Shown here: positions 35,620-48,557 of the stretch, piece after piece
How positions within the stretch are numbered: position 1 is the first letter of the stretch
Layout: every line of letters starts with the position of its first letter
From: Eledone cirrhosa
Lineage: Eukaryota
DNA length: 64,000 nucleotides
Direction: 5' to 3'
NCBI GenBank assembly: GCA_964016885.1
Contig: OZ024741.1
Location: forward strand, 160,022,001-160,086,000
Program-made: the position numbers and the translations under genes
The notes under the pieces: model-generated
Databases searched by the model: none
What the model was told of the DNA's origin: nothing
What the model saw: the letters and a program-made list of their open reading frames with translations, nothing else

Positions 35620-36625
35620 TGTTGTGTGTGCGTGTGTCTATGTGTGAGAATCTATGTGTGCATGTGTGTATGTGTGTATGTATATGTGTATGTGTATGTG
35701 TGTGTAAGTATATGTGTATGCATGTATGTATGTATGTATGTATGTGTGGATGTATGTGTGTGTGTGTGAGGATATGTATATATGTATGTATGTATCTGTG
35801 TATGTATGTGCCGATGTATGTATGTATGTATATATGTATGTATGTGGGTGTATATATGTATATATGTATGTATGTGCCGATGTATGTATGTATGTATGTA
35901 TATATGTATCTGTGTATGTATGTGCCGATGTATGTGTGTGTGTATGTATGTATATATGTATGTATATATGCATGTATGTATATATGCATGTATGTATGTA
36001 AATATGTATGTATGTATGTGCCCTGATGGTATCCAATGATGTTGACTTGTTCTTCTTTTTGGTAAATATCATCTTGGTTAAGAGAGTGGGACTGGCTTTG
36101 TGCAGTGCCTTTGCTCACTATAAAAGCTTCCCGGCACAGGCATTGCTTTATATCTGGAGATCTCTCTGCACTTGTCGTCACATGGTACCATGGGCCCAGC
36201 ACTATGTGTCAATAATTGTCACAAGTGTAGTGTTTGTACCAGAGTTTTCAAGTCGCTGGCTGGATTAAAAAGTCACTCTTTCAGCGCATCGGTAGGCGTT
36301 CTCCTACATTGATATAAAGTAGTGGCCGTACTCGAAAACGAGTTGGCAGCCACCATGTATGTATGTATGTATGTATGTATGTATGTATGTATGTATGTAT
36401 GTATCTGTGTATGTATGTGCCGATGTATGTATATATGTATCTGTGTATGTATGTGCCGATGTATGTATATATGTATCTGTGTATGTATGTGCCGATGTAT
36501 GTATATATGTATCTGTGTATGTATGTGCCGATGTATGTATATATGTATCTGTGTATGTATATATGTATATATGTATGTATATATGTATGTGTGTGTGTGT
36601 TGATATGTGTATGTGTGTGTGTGAG
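35620..36625. repeat. (TATG)n microsatellite with a 36-bp minisatellite
   Basis: Unit GTATCTGTGTATGTATGTGCCGATGTATGTATATAT repeated about four times at 36401-36560. Confidence 0.85.
36195..36400 (+). mobile_element. RTE/BovB-like LINE 3' end with zinc-finger remnant and (ATGT)n tail
   Basis: HKCSVCTRVFKSLAGLKSH followed by a short UTR and (ATGT)n. Confidence 0.5.
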
Positions 36626-37152
36626 TAGACAGAGGGTGGGAATGGGACGGTGATAGAATGAGAAAGTGTGGATGAAATCAAGTCAATGAAATATCAATCA
36701 ACACAGGGAACAATCAAACATTTCAATCAAACAATATCTTTGTCATCATCATCATCACCATCACCATCACCATCACCAACAAAACAACCACCACCACCCT
36801 CATCCTCATCATCATCAGCATAACCATCAGCACCACCACCACCACCCTCATCACTATCAGCACTACCACCACCATCAGCACCACCACCACCACCCTCATC
36901 ACTATCAGCACTACCACCACCACCACCACCACACCCTCATCACCATCATCATCATCATCATCATCATCATCCTCACCACCACCATCATCTCCACCATCAG
37001 CACCACACCACCACCCTCATCACCATCGTCATCATCATCATCATCAATACGACAACGACAACCCCCACCACTTCCACAATCAACTTCCTCCTCCTACTCC
37101 TTCTCCTCCTCCCCTCTTCCCCTCCTCCTCCTCCTCCTTATCATCATCATAA

Positions 37153-37343
37153 TAGTTGTCTCTACCTTTGGCACAAGGCCAGCAATCACCCCAGTGCATT
37201 ACTGGTATTTTATTTTATCGACCCCGTAAGGATGAAAGGCAAAGTTGACCTCGGCAGGATTTGAACTCAGACTGTAAAGGGAAGTAACTCTATGTTGCAA
37301 AGCATGGCGTCAGACCCTCTACCAATACTGCCAATCCACCGCC
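37153..37343 (-). mobile_element. SINE family 1, full length
   Basis: Consensus match; TCATCATAATA-like duplication at both flanks. Confidence 0.9.
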
Positions 37344-37559
37344 CTCATCATAATAATAATAACCACAATCACCATCATCATCATCATCATTGTGACAACG
37401 ACCACGACCACCACCGCTACCAAAATCATCATCATCACCACCACCACCACCAACACCATCACCATCACCAACACCACTACCACCACTACCACCCCTACCA
37501 CCACCACCACCACCACTACCACAATCATCATCATCATCAACAACAGCATGATCATTATC

Positions 37560-37598
<39 letters not shown>

Positions 37599-37650
37599 GC
37601 CAACAGCATCGTCGTCATCATCGCCAACAGCATCGTCATCATCATCGTCG

Positions 37651-37694
<44 letters not shown>

Positions 37695-37982
37695 ATCGTC
37701 GTCGTCGTCATCATCGCTCCTAGAAAAGAAACCATTGAAAATAAACTGTTGTAATCGTAAAGAATAAAATATGAGAAACACGGAGAAGACACCATTGTAA
37801 ATAATACTTAAAAACTAGTAAATAACAACATCTAGAAGAACATTATAAACAATTTAATATGATACTAAAGCAATAATAACATTGTAAACAATTACAATCG
37901 TACATCGTAAACAATAACAACAGATAATAAACAAGATTGTTAACTATAACAAATGATAATGAACAACATTGTTGTAAATAAT

Positions 37983-38174
37983 TGTTTCTACTTTTGGCAC
38001 AATGCCAGCAATTATCCAAGTGTATTATTGGTACTTTATTTTATCGACCCCGTAAGGATGAAAGGCAAAGTTTACCTTGGCTGGCGAGATTTGAACTCAG
38101 ATCGTAAAGGGCCGTAACTCTATACTGCAAAGCATGGTGTCCGACTCTCTACCGGTACTGCCAATCCACTGCCC
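37983..38174 (-). mobile_element. SINE family 1 with TSD
   Basis: TTGTTGTAAATAAT at both flanks. Confidence 0.9.
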
Positions 38175-38354
38175 TTTTGTTGTAAATAATAACAAGATTA
38201 TAAACAACAAGGTAAAATAGAACCTTCCTATACGCACGTATGTATGTACTGAAATCAGACATGTTAAGATATATACCTACCAACATTGAAATGTGGCTGT
38301 AAAAGTTCATAATTACACTCTAACATATATATTGGTTTAGATAGAGACTTTCCT

Positions 38355-38885
38355 GTCAGAAAACAGCACAGCTCCCATGACTTTCGGAAACATTTTTTCA
38401 CGCTCAGAGTTTCTGAAGCATGGAACAAACTACCTGCATCAGTTGTTAGCTGTTGAGACACTGCATCCTTTAATGTTCAAACCGGCCCAAACCGGCCAGA
38501 ATTCTCTACCTCTTTCTGTTGAAACTGGCTGTAACCGGTCGTTCAAACTGATGTTAAGGTATTATTCTCAAAATAAATACTTTTAAAATCTCATAGATTC
38601 GATATTATGTGAGATAATTATGTGAGGTAAAGCCTTTACCATGAAAATATGATAGTATATATAGAGTAATGTAAATGGTAAAGGGTTAAAACCTCCATGC
38701 TTCCTGAAATTCGCCAACACTACACCTGATATCCCCCCTCCATACACATGCATACATGTATATCATGACTCATACACTGTTCATTTTCCTGACATTTGAA
38801 CATTATTCTATGTACTATACATGCACCTTTGATGAGTTATAGTGCACCTGAGCACTGTACACAATAATTTCAGTATCATTATCAT
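38355..38885 (+). mobile_element. CR1/L2-like LINE 3' fragment interrupted by a MITE-like insertion
   Basis: RKQHSSHDFRKHFFTLRVSEAWNKLPASVV (CR1 motif FF..RV...WN.LP); ~38466-38686 resembles a piggyBac-type MITE ending AAAGGG-TTAA. Confidence 0.65.
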
Positions 38886-39379
38886 ATGCTAGAGTCTTAT
38901 TTTAACTCATTAAATTGAAATACTTCTAAAACTTTAATAGAAATACTTAAATATTTCCTTTTTTGTTTAAGCATATAACTGTAAAGTATAGAAACCTTTT
39001 TTATTCTTTCTTACAATCAAAACTTTCCGTATGAGTATTTGGTAGTATCTACATTTTAAATAATTAAGTAGGTAGTTACGTTATTGTAACTATACTTATA
39101 AAATACAAACAACAGAACAGTATTGACATATTTTAATCTATTGCACGGAACTTCCATCAAATCTTCATTATCTCAAGACTCTTTAAACTGAATCAACGTA
39201 ACACTAACACACCTACCCATAATATCAATTCCCTTAACCTGAAAATCTGTCAACTTAATTTCAATTGACTAGCGAAAAATACTGCTTAGCAATATGCTGT
39301 TCAAACTAACCAATCATTTAAAGCAGAGGTTCTGAAACGTCTTGGCCCACCGCCTCCTCCACGGCCATGTAATACCCCC

Positions 39380-39825
39380 AGCGCCACCAACCCTATTTCC
39401 AGAGAGACCTGCCTACACGCAAATTGTAAATAATATATAATAAATAAAATCGTTAATTTATATATAGTAAATAGCGCCCACTTTGAGTATCTCTGATTTA
39501 AAACATGAAGTGACCGCTTTCCTAACTTTTTAATCTGCGCTGTAATCAACATGAAGACACATTTCGAAACCCACGCAAAACTAAGAGTACTGCGTTACCA
39601 AACTACATTCGGGATTTCAAAACCAGGTACTCAAAAAACCGTCTGGGATGGACTATATCAAAGGCCTATCCTAATTCAGGAAATTACAAACCTTGCAAAA
39701 TTTCTACGACTGAAAACATTTAAATAATTTTTGCTGAGACATCTACTTTCAACAAACGTTCAAACATAATTTTGTCTTGCATAAATAAAACATTCAAATC
39801 GTTCAAACACTGCAAACCACGAATT
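39380..39825 (+). pseudogene. Degenerate Penelope-like GIY-YIG endonuclease C-terminal region
   Basis: From 39550: HEDTFRNPRKTKSTALPNYIRDFK..LGWTISKAYP..PCKISTTENI*II..TFNKRSNIILSCINK, matching the PLE pattern H..SF..ST.LS.YIW.LK..W.I..C.LC..EK..LNKRSE...C.H. Confidence 0.6.
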
Positions 39826-40424
39826 TACCCTAATGGATAACATTAAAAGATTTTGCATTTATAAATTTTGGGTTATTGTCTAGATCTAGGTACCTAATCC
39901 AGGTCTTCTATATGATTCCATGAGAATATCTGGACTTAAATAATTCACTTAAATTCTTTAATTTACTTCATCTTCTTTTTTGGTTCCTTTTACTCTCCAT
40001 GGAGCATTGGGCGATGAAAGATCTCCATCTCACACGGCTGCAAGATTTAGCACGTGTCTGCTTTCATGCCAGGAATTTGCACGTCGTTCCTGTAGCAATT
40101 TTGATTAATCGAGGTAAGGCTGCTAGACCCCTAGATATCCATCCTCTGAACGCAGCTGTATTCTTGTACTATCACATTCCTGTACTCCTAAATCTTCATA
40201 CCTATATGTTACTATATATATATTTGCGCCTAATGTGTTACATAGAGGGTTCGAAAACGAGATCTCATGGTAGTCATGCAAACATCTTAACAATACAGCA
40301 ATACTTCCACACTCACGCACCTACACGCATTCATACACATACATGTATATATGCACACACATTATACATAGAGACGCATATACGCACATATACACATATA
40401 TACGTCAGTATATATGTGTGCATA

Positions 40425-40494
40425 GTGAAGGCGCGTGGGTGAGTGGTTAGAGGATTGGATTCGCAATCGTGAGGTTGTGATTTCGATTCCCAGG
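40425..40494 (+). mobile_element. tRNA-like SINE head fragment (family 2)
   Basis: GTGGGTGAGTGGTTAGAG...TTTCGATTCCC; similar to the head at 59455. Confidence 0.55.
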
Positions 40495-41225
40495 TAGTGG
40501 TGGTATAGTAGCATTGGTGATAATTATAGTTAAGGTGATAGTGGTGGTAGTGATGGTGATGGTGGTGGGGGAAGTGGTGATAGTGGTAGTAGTGGTAGTG
40601 GTGGTAGTGGGGGGGGGGGTATAGTAGCATTGGTGATGATTATAGTTGAGGTGATAGTGGTGGTAGTATAGTAGCATTAGTGATGATTATAGTTGAGGTG
40701 ATAGTGGTGGTAGTATAGTAGCATTAGTGATGATTATAGTTGAGGTGATAGTGGTGGTAGTGGTGGTGGTAGTATAGTAGCATTGGTGATGATTATAGTT
40801 GAGGTGATAGTGGTGGTAGTGGTGGTAGTATAGTAGCATTGGTGATGATTATAGTTGAGGTGATAGTGGTGGTAGTGGTGGTAGTATAGTAGCATTGGTG
40901 ATGATTATAGTTGAGGTGATAGTGGTGGTAGTGGTGATAGTATAGTAGCATTGGTGATGATTATAGTTGAGGTGATAGTAGTGGTACTGGTGGTAGTATA
41001 GTAGCATTGGTGATGATTATAGTTGAGGTGATAGTGGTGGTAGTGGTGGTAGTATAGTAGCATTGGTGATGGTTACAGTTGAAGTGATAGTAGTGGTAGT
41101 GGTGGTGGTGGTGATGGTGGTAGTGGTGGCGGTGGTGGCGGTAGGATAGTAGCATGGTGGTGGTGGTGGTGGTAGTGGTGGTAGCGGTAGGATAGTAGCA
41201 TCGTGGTGGTGGTGGTGGTGGTGGG
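40495..41225. repeat. ~40-55 bp minisatellite
   Basis: Core TATAGTAGCATTGGTGATGATTATAGTTGAGGTGATAG plus a variable (TGG/TAG)n part, about 10 copies. Confidence 0.9.
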
Positions 41226-42190
41226 AGATGATTAGTGACATTACTACGCCTGTAGGGCAATCATTTAATTTCATCTTTATTTAAACTTGAAGAAATGAAG
41301 TCGGCGTGTGAGTGTGTGCATGTGTGTGTGTGTGAGTATGTGTATGTGTGTGTGTGTATGTACGTGTGAGTATTTGTATTTGTATGTGTATGCGCGCGTG
41401 TGTGTGTGTGAGTATTTGTATGTGTATGTGTGTGTGAGTATTTGTATGTGTATGTTTATGTGTGTGTGTGTGTGTGTGTGTGTGAGTATTTCTATGTGTA
41501 TGTGTATGCGTGTGTGCGAGTATGTGTATGTGTGTGTGTGTGTGTGAGAGAGTATTTGTATGCGTGTGCGCATGTGTGTAGGTGTGTACGTGTGAGTATT
41601 TGTATGTGTATGCGTATTTGCGTGTACATGTGTGTATTTGTATGTGTATGCGCATGCGTGTCTGTGTGTATGTTTGTGAGTGTGTATTTGTATACCTATA
41701 GTAGTGGAAGTGTGTGCCTGTATGCATGTGTGCCTGTATGTGCGTGTAGGTGCATGTTTGGATGAATGTCAATATATATGTGCATTGATATATGTATCTG
41801 TGTATGTGTGTAGATATGTATCTATGTTGATGAAAGTGTGCGTTTATGTGTATGGGTCTGTGTGTTCGTATTGTGTGTAAAAGTTTTTCTGTGTGTGTAA
41901 ATGTGGTTCTGTGTGAAGATATACTTATGTGTGTGTCAGTGTGTTAGTGTGTAAATGAGTTTCTGTGTGTGTAACACGGAGGAGTGTGCACCAAAATGAA
42001 GAAGAAGAAGAAGAAGAAGAAGAAGAAGAAACGGGGCAGATAGATTAAAAATCTGGAATTCATTACCAATGCTGTGGTGTGTATATATATAAGAGATGTC
42101 AACATGAATGGACCTGTTATTTTTATCTAAAGACATTTTTTCCAATTCCATCCCGCACGTCCCCTCAATCTATTTTATTTCTCATTCTTT

Positions 42191-42224
42191 CTTCTGAGGA
42201 AGGACTAGCGTGCGAAACGTTAAG
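42191..42224 (+). ncRNA. Decayed minimal hammerhead-like motif
   Basis: CTT CTGAGGA aggactagcgtgc GAAAC GTT AAG; stem II pairs poorly. Confidence 0.35.
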
Positions 42225-42387
42225 ACCCTCTTCCTGCTATATCAAGCGTTAACCTAATATACCACTTTCCTATACTGTACCGATTGTGTTGTTATTTCTG
42301 TTTACCTTTTACATATATATGTGTATATCTATAAAGAATTCGAATTCCTTATAGATATACAATGCTTCAAGTAAACAACTAATTCCT

Positions 42388-42464
<77 letters not shown>

Positions 42465-42896
42465 TATAGATCAGTTTTATAAATAAATATTGACATACCC
42501 TTAAAAAATGCAACCATTACTGTTGGAAGCTCCCGGATAGTATATATATATATGAAAAAAATTAGTCCTTCATCAGTCATCTTCCAGCCTTCATTGGTAT
42601 TTCATCGCTTTAAAGATCATATACCTCTGGTTGGTGCGAGCAACGGCTAAAGAAAGTTGTTGGGACACGAAAATATCATTCAATTATTTTGTTTGACCTG
42701 TTTGGCTTGCCTCGTCTTTTTGGCTTAGGTGGTTGATGGCTTCTTGACCGCCATCTCAGATTGTTTGGCCTTTATAACCTATGTTTATTGCTCTGGTCTT
42801 TATTTGGTCTATGGAGCGCTTGCCAGCATAACTCGGATATTGCGTTTCGCTTTGTTTTCGACCACAGCCGAAATCCGATCTCGCTGAAATTATATT

Positions 42897-42955
<59 letters not shown>

Positions 42956-42993
42956 AGTATGCTTTGAACACAGTGAGGGAGTTTGAAAATTAA

Positions 42994-43174
42994 AAATATA
43001 AGCTTTCACCGTATTTTTGACTAAAGAAATTTGTTAGCCTGATAGTGGGGTTTAGAACCCTCAGAGAAATGTACATGTACGTCAATACTCATCTTTTTCC
43101 ATTTCTCTGAGGGTTCTAAACCCCACTATAAGGCTAAAAAATTTCTTTAGTAAAAAATACGGTGAAAGCTTATA

Positions 43175-43177
<3 letters not shown>
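42994..43177. repeat. ~78-bp inverted repeat between (TA)n tracts
   Basis: Arms at 42994-43071 and 43100-43177 with few mismatches. Confidence 0.85.
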
Positions 43178-43246
<69 letters not shown>

Positions 43247-44240
43247 ATTATTATTGTTATTATTATTATTACTTCAAAATATTAATAAATATAGACATTC
43301 ATGTGATCAAATATATTTTATTATACATATTTCAGAGATACTGAGCTATTTCAACAGTACATCCTCATTAGATATAATAAGTTGATGCTTGACATACCCT
43401 GACTATGTTGATGGTTATAATTTAGTCATGGTAATTATATATATATACATGTGTGCGCGCCTGTTTTTGTTTGTTGATATGTATTTATATATGTATGTAT
43501 GTGGGTGTGCGTGCGTGCGTATGTGTGTGTGAGTATGTGTGTGCATGTATGTAAATGTGTGTGGTTGCAAGGCAATAATTACTGGCGATACCATTTTAGC
43601 ACTCTATACAGTTATGAAATTTGAATATTCAGTATAGACAATTGTTGGAGTCTATATTCGCATCTGTTTTGTTACAGAGTATTTACAGAAAAAGAAAATG
43701 AGAGAGTGAAATTTCTGTTTAACGGATTTTTATTCAGATACAACTCAAAGTTACTTGAAGTTATGTAATGTCCTTGCAACATATATGGTGACTCTGATTC
43801 AATTAGCTTATCAGACGTTTACATGAACTCACATCCCACATTTCAAGTAGCTATGAACTGTTCAATTGCGAAACACGTGTCAAACGGGTATCTGAATAAA
43901 AATCTATTAAACTGAAGTTTAAATGTGGACATGTACGCTCTGATTGCAATTCTCGCCCAGGTCATCTTTACCTTTGATCTCTTGTGGCACTATTTGTTTC
44001 AATGTAAAGAATATCAGCCTGAGAGAGGAAACATCTTGAAGCTGGTCATTAAAAAACTACCTAGATTTAAGGTGCAATATATTGTCATGGGTAACCATCC
44101 ATAAACAAGATATTTCAGTATATAGAGGCTACGGAAAGATTCAACAACAAGAACTTTAACTGCTTCATAGTAGTAAAAAAAACTGTACAATATACATGGT
44201 AATAAGGATGAAAAACAAAAGAAAGGAAAATAAGAAAAAT

Positions 44241-44428
44241 AATTGTTTCTACTTTTAGCACAAGGCCAGCAATTACCCAGTGCATTACTGGTGCTTTATT
44301 TTATCGACCTCGTAAGGATGAAAGGCAAAGTTAACCTCGGCGGGATTTGAACTCAGAACGTAAAGGGTCGTAACTCTATGCCACAAAGCAAGTTGTCCGA
44401 CACTCTACCGATACTGCCAATCCACCGC
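44241..44428 (-). mobile_element. SINE family 1, full length
   Basis: Consensus match. Confidence 0.9.
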
Positions 44429-44429
44429 A

Positions 44430-44725
44430 AAAAGAAAAAGAGGGATTAACCAATGAAAGAAAGAGTGAGAATTGGGGAGCGACAGACACTAAACCCTGGT
44501 CTGAGCGGTGTTCCAGCTGCACCTCGCGGATAAAATGGCAAAGGTACAGTCAAGGGGAATGACAAGCGACACACGCTCTAACAGCCACTCCACCTCTCGA
44601 GTCTCCTTCCTCAGGTGGGCTACTGTCTTTCCGATTTTAAGAAGGAAATCAACAGTGCGGGGACCGAGGAGGCCTGAGGTCTTGACCAGTACGAAAAAGA
44701 AGCAGTCAATCAAGACCCGGTATTT
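44430..44725 (-). mobile_element. CRE-clade element 3' fragment
   Basis: FFFVLVKTSGLLGPRTVDFLLKIG..ETREVEWLLERVSL matches the CRE C-terminal pattern. Confidence 0.65.
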
Positions 44726-45339
44726 TTATAGTTGCCTTTGTTTTGTTTTTTCTTTTGCACTTTTTCTTGTTTATACTTATTTAGCCCCCTCCCCCTTCCT
44801 TTCTCTTTGTTTTCTTATTCCTTTCTGTTTCTCTCTCTCTTGTTTTCGTTTCTTAATTATAAGTGTTAAAGATAATTCTCATAGTCTATCATGACTTACT
44901 AGCTCTATTTTAATTTGATAAAATAATATAAAAATATAAATACTGGGGCTAATATAATCGATTGTATAATCGACCTTCGTCACAAAATTTCAGACTATGT
45001 GTCTATGTAAGAGATCCTTATTTCTTTCATCTCTTTGTGATCCAGTTTAGTCCCCTATCTCCTATTATAGGGCCAATTTCTCTTGAGAAATCCCACAGGA
45101 TCTTATAATAAGCCATTTTCAATAACAAGATTGTTTCTATCTAAAGTGAAGACACATCTTATTTATATTAAGTATCCACTTTTCCTACAATTATCTCAAT
45201 CCCTTACTACATCACCACTCTCTCTCACTTTTCCTCATCCTGCCATGTCTTCTTTTTTATTTTTTTATTAGATTTGTGCATACACGCGCGTGCACACATA
45301 CACATATATATATATATACACATGCACACACACAAATAC

Positions 45340-45405
<66 letters not shown>

Positions 45406-45688
45406 ACATTCATAAATTGAATGAGAGAAAATTTCGTCTAATTTTTCACACACACTCATTTGACACACACACACACACACACGCCTTACACACACCTTAC
45501 ACACACACACACACCTTACACACATGCCTCACACTGTACTGCCGTGCTGGCTCCTGTCAATGTTTGTGGTAACAAGATTTGCTAAAATCATTTCTTCTCA
45601 CGCAGACAGTCATGGCAAAGGTTTGTTTCTCTCTTTAATATTCCATCTTATATCTTACTTTCCATTCGTGATAGGCCGTTAGTGAACG

Positions 45689-45733
45689 TGTCTACGGATG
45701 AACAGCCAACTAGACGTGAAACATGTATAGACA
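45689..45733 (+). ncRNA. Mutated minimal hammerhead-like motif
   Basis: TGTCTA CGGATGA ... GAAAC AT GTA TAGACA: 6-bp stem I, one core substitution, weak stem II. Confidence 0.5.
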
Positions 45734-46029
45734 GTCTTGTGTTTGTGTGTGTGTGTACGCATTTAGGGGTCAACAAATAGAATAAAAGACTGTTTTTCAC
45801 AGCATAACTGTAGTTATGCCTATATTAAGTTTAATCTCAGATTTTCTAATTTAATAAATAATTTATTTTTTCGTTGATAAACACACATATGAACACATAT
45901 AGCAAATACAATTAACTATTTTTCTAGGTTTAGTGAAATATGTAAATACAGTTTAATAGAAAAAGAAAAAAAAAGAAAATTTAGATCGAGAAGAATGGAA
46001 TGTAAAATAGGGATTAATATATACATATC

Positions 46030-46060
<31 letters not shown>

Positions 46061-46844
46061 AAAAGGTAAACAAAAACATGAATTTTGTAATAAATATGCG
46101 AATAGGTAGAGCACTCAATGTTTATATATATATACTAGCTGGTCACGTTCTTCTTCTTCTTCTTCTTCTTCTTTAATTAAGAATTGTTTCTTTTGAATCT
46201 CAGCTTCATCTGCTCTGTCTTTGTCATCATCTTCAGTAAAAAAAGGTCGCTTCTCTAAGTATGGTCTTCCCCATTGATGCTCACACTATGTAAGTCAAGC
46301 AATTCTGTCATTAACATCGTCTATTCTAAACATGTTTTAGGTTTAAATGTAAATCAACTAGAGATAATTCTGTAACGGTCTCTGTTAACTCCAGCTTCGA
46401 GCCTACTGGCTAATTATTATTCTTAGACAACAGTCATATTGCTAGCTGATACCTCGCGTTATATATTGTTCTTACAAATAAATAATTCTTAAATCAATTT
46501 TTAAATAAAAATCTTCTTAATCCAAGCTTTTCTATTGGATTTCCAATAAGGTATTAGCAAATTAACAGAATGGTTAGAATTGGTAGAATGTTTTGCAGTA
46601 TTCGTTCCGGCTCTCTACGTTCAGAGTTCAAATTCCACTGAAGTCAAATTTGTAATTTGTCCTTAGTCTTTTCGACGTCAATAAAAGAGGCACCAGTTCA
46701 GTAATGGCGTGAATTCTTCCTCTATATTTCTTTCTCATTCCCTTTTCGCCACACCCTCTTTATCCCCCTCTCTCTTTAAAGTAGTGACTATGTCACTTAC
46801 TTCTTTTTTCAACAAACACTTAAAATTTTCAACAAAGTTAGTGC

Positions 46845-46890
46845 TAAGCTCTGATGATTACCAACATAATGAAACAGATCTGTCAGCTTA
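46845..46890 (+). ncRNA. Minimal type I hammerhead ribozyme motif
   Basis: TAAGCT CTGATGA TTAccaacaTAAT GAAAC AGATCT GTC AGCTTA; lies in the spacer of an inverted repeat (46775-46818 / 46899-46939). Confidence 0.72.
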
Positions 46891-46996
46891 TCTCCCTTTG
46901 TTTGTTGAAAAAAGAAGTGACATAGTCACTACTTTAAAATAATAGCGCAAGGTCTTCAAAGTGCTTTTAATTAAGCATACAGTATATTGCCAAATA

Positions 46997-47076
<80 letters not shown>

Positions 47077-47169
47077 GCCTTCCAATTTCATTTTACATTA
47101 TATATATGTGAATATTTTAATTATTTAAAAATTATTTTTATGTGAACATTATTTTAAAAAGTATTTTTA

Positions 47170-47204
47170 AGCGACCGTGACCTAACGGGTCATGGGTTGT
47201 CTAG
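47170..47204 (+). mobile_element. Helitron-like 3' terminus
   Basis: Hairpin CCGTGACC-taacg-GGTCATGG followed by CTAG|T. Confidence 0.5.
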
Positions 47205-47692
47205 TATATATATATATATATAATAAAGGAAGGTCTGCGGGATTGCGTACGGTTTTTTTTTTATCCCGTTTGTAAAAAAAGTTGGATTACTTTGAATAAA
47301 TAATGAATGAATATTACATAATTTATCTACTAAATTTCGTGGCTGTTGATTAAATATATTTTGTTTATTTAAAGATTCACTTCTTTAAAATTTCTGAAAT
47401 GTCAACAGTACCGGTGGCGATCGCTTAAATAAACATACTAATTTTCCGTCACTAATTTTCTCCAAATGCAGTTTATATATAATATCATCTTTTTTTAATG
47501 TATCATGAATTACGTTACTGATTACATAAGACAGTGTAACGCAGTCTTCGTTCAATTTCTATGCATTATATATTGTCAATTACGATTTTATTTGATGTAT
47601 CATATCTACATGTATATATACCTCCGTATAATATCAATATACACACTACACATGCTAGCAGAAAACCACCCGAAAGGTGGTTTTTCTGCTAG
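47205..47692 (+). mobile_element. Possible non-autonomous Helitron-like element
   Basis: Ends in the hairpin AACCACC-cgaaa-GGTGGTT then CTAG|TATA; the 5' boundary is uncertain. Confidence 0.35.
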
Positions 47693-48021
47693 TATATATA
47701 ATGTTTAATATAGAGGTGGCCTCTACAAGATTAGAACTGTTTCATTCAAAAGAAATCATCAGGATTGAACCGGGGACTCACTCTCACACACACATACACA
47801 CACACAGAAACACACATATACATACACACGTATCTGATTATATAAATACATGCATACATTAGTGTGTGTGTGCATCCATATGCGTGTGCGTACGTATATT
47901 TGCGTGTATGTTAATATGTGCGTGTGATTATGTGTGTGATCTATTTCCACGCGTCCTTTCGACATGCATATAGGCATACGTTTTTGGAAGCGAATATTTG
48001 TGCGTCTGTGATAGTGCATGT

Positions 48022-48101
<80 letters not shown>

Positions 48102-48108
48102 CTCTCTA

Positions 48109-48142
<34 letters not shown>

Positions 48143-48167
48143 CATATATATCTTTATATATATGTAT

Positions 48168-48199
<32 letters not shown>

Positions 48200-48231
48200 G
48201 TATGTATACATACACCCACACACACACACGC

Positions 48232-48273
<42 letters not shown>

Positions 48274-48557
48274 GCATGCATGTGTCTGCGTGTGATATTA
48301 TGCCAAAGCTCCTATTTTCTGGCCTCACTCCAACTCTATGACGTATGTACTTCATCCATCAGAGAAGGAGTCTAATCTGGTTTTGGTCCCCCAAGGGGCC
48401 CAACACAGCGCCCACTCACACCCCACACCTTCTATAACCCCACACATACAAGAGCAATGGCCGACAATAATTCTTCACTTAACAGAATATTGTCTTCTCT
48501 TTACAACACAATCAATATTTCTCGCTGGCCACTGAGATTCATTAACTTCCCGACCCC

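Noticed and set aside
24463-37795. Long MYVC-, HT-, poly-V/G/H ORFs
   Set aside because: Translations of microsatellites with no domain content or splice evidence.
40495-41225. CRISPR-like repeat-spacer appearance
   Set aside because: The 'spacers' are just variable TGG/TAG triplets, there are no cas genes, and the context is eukaryotic.
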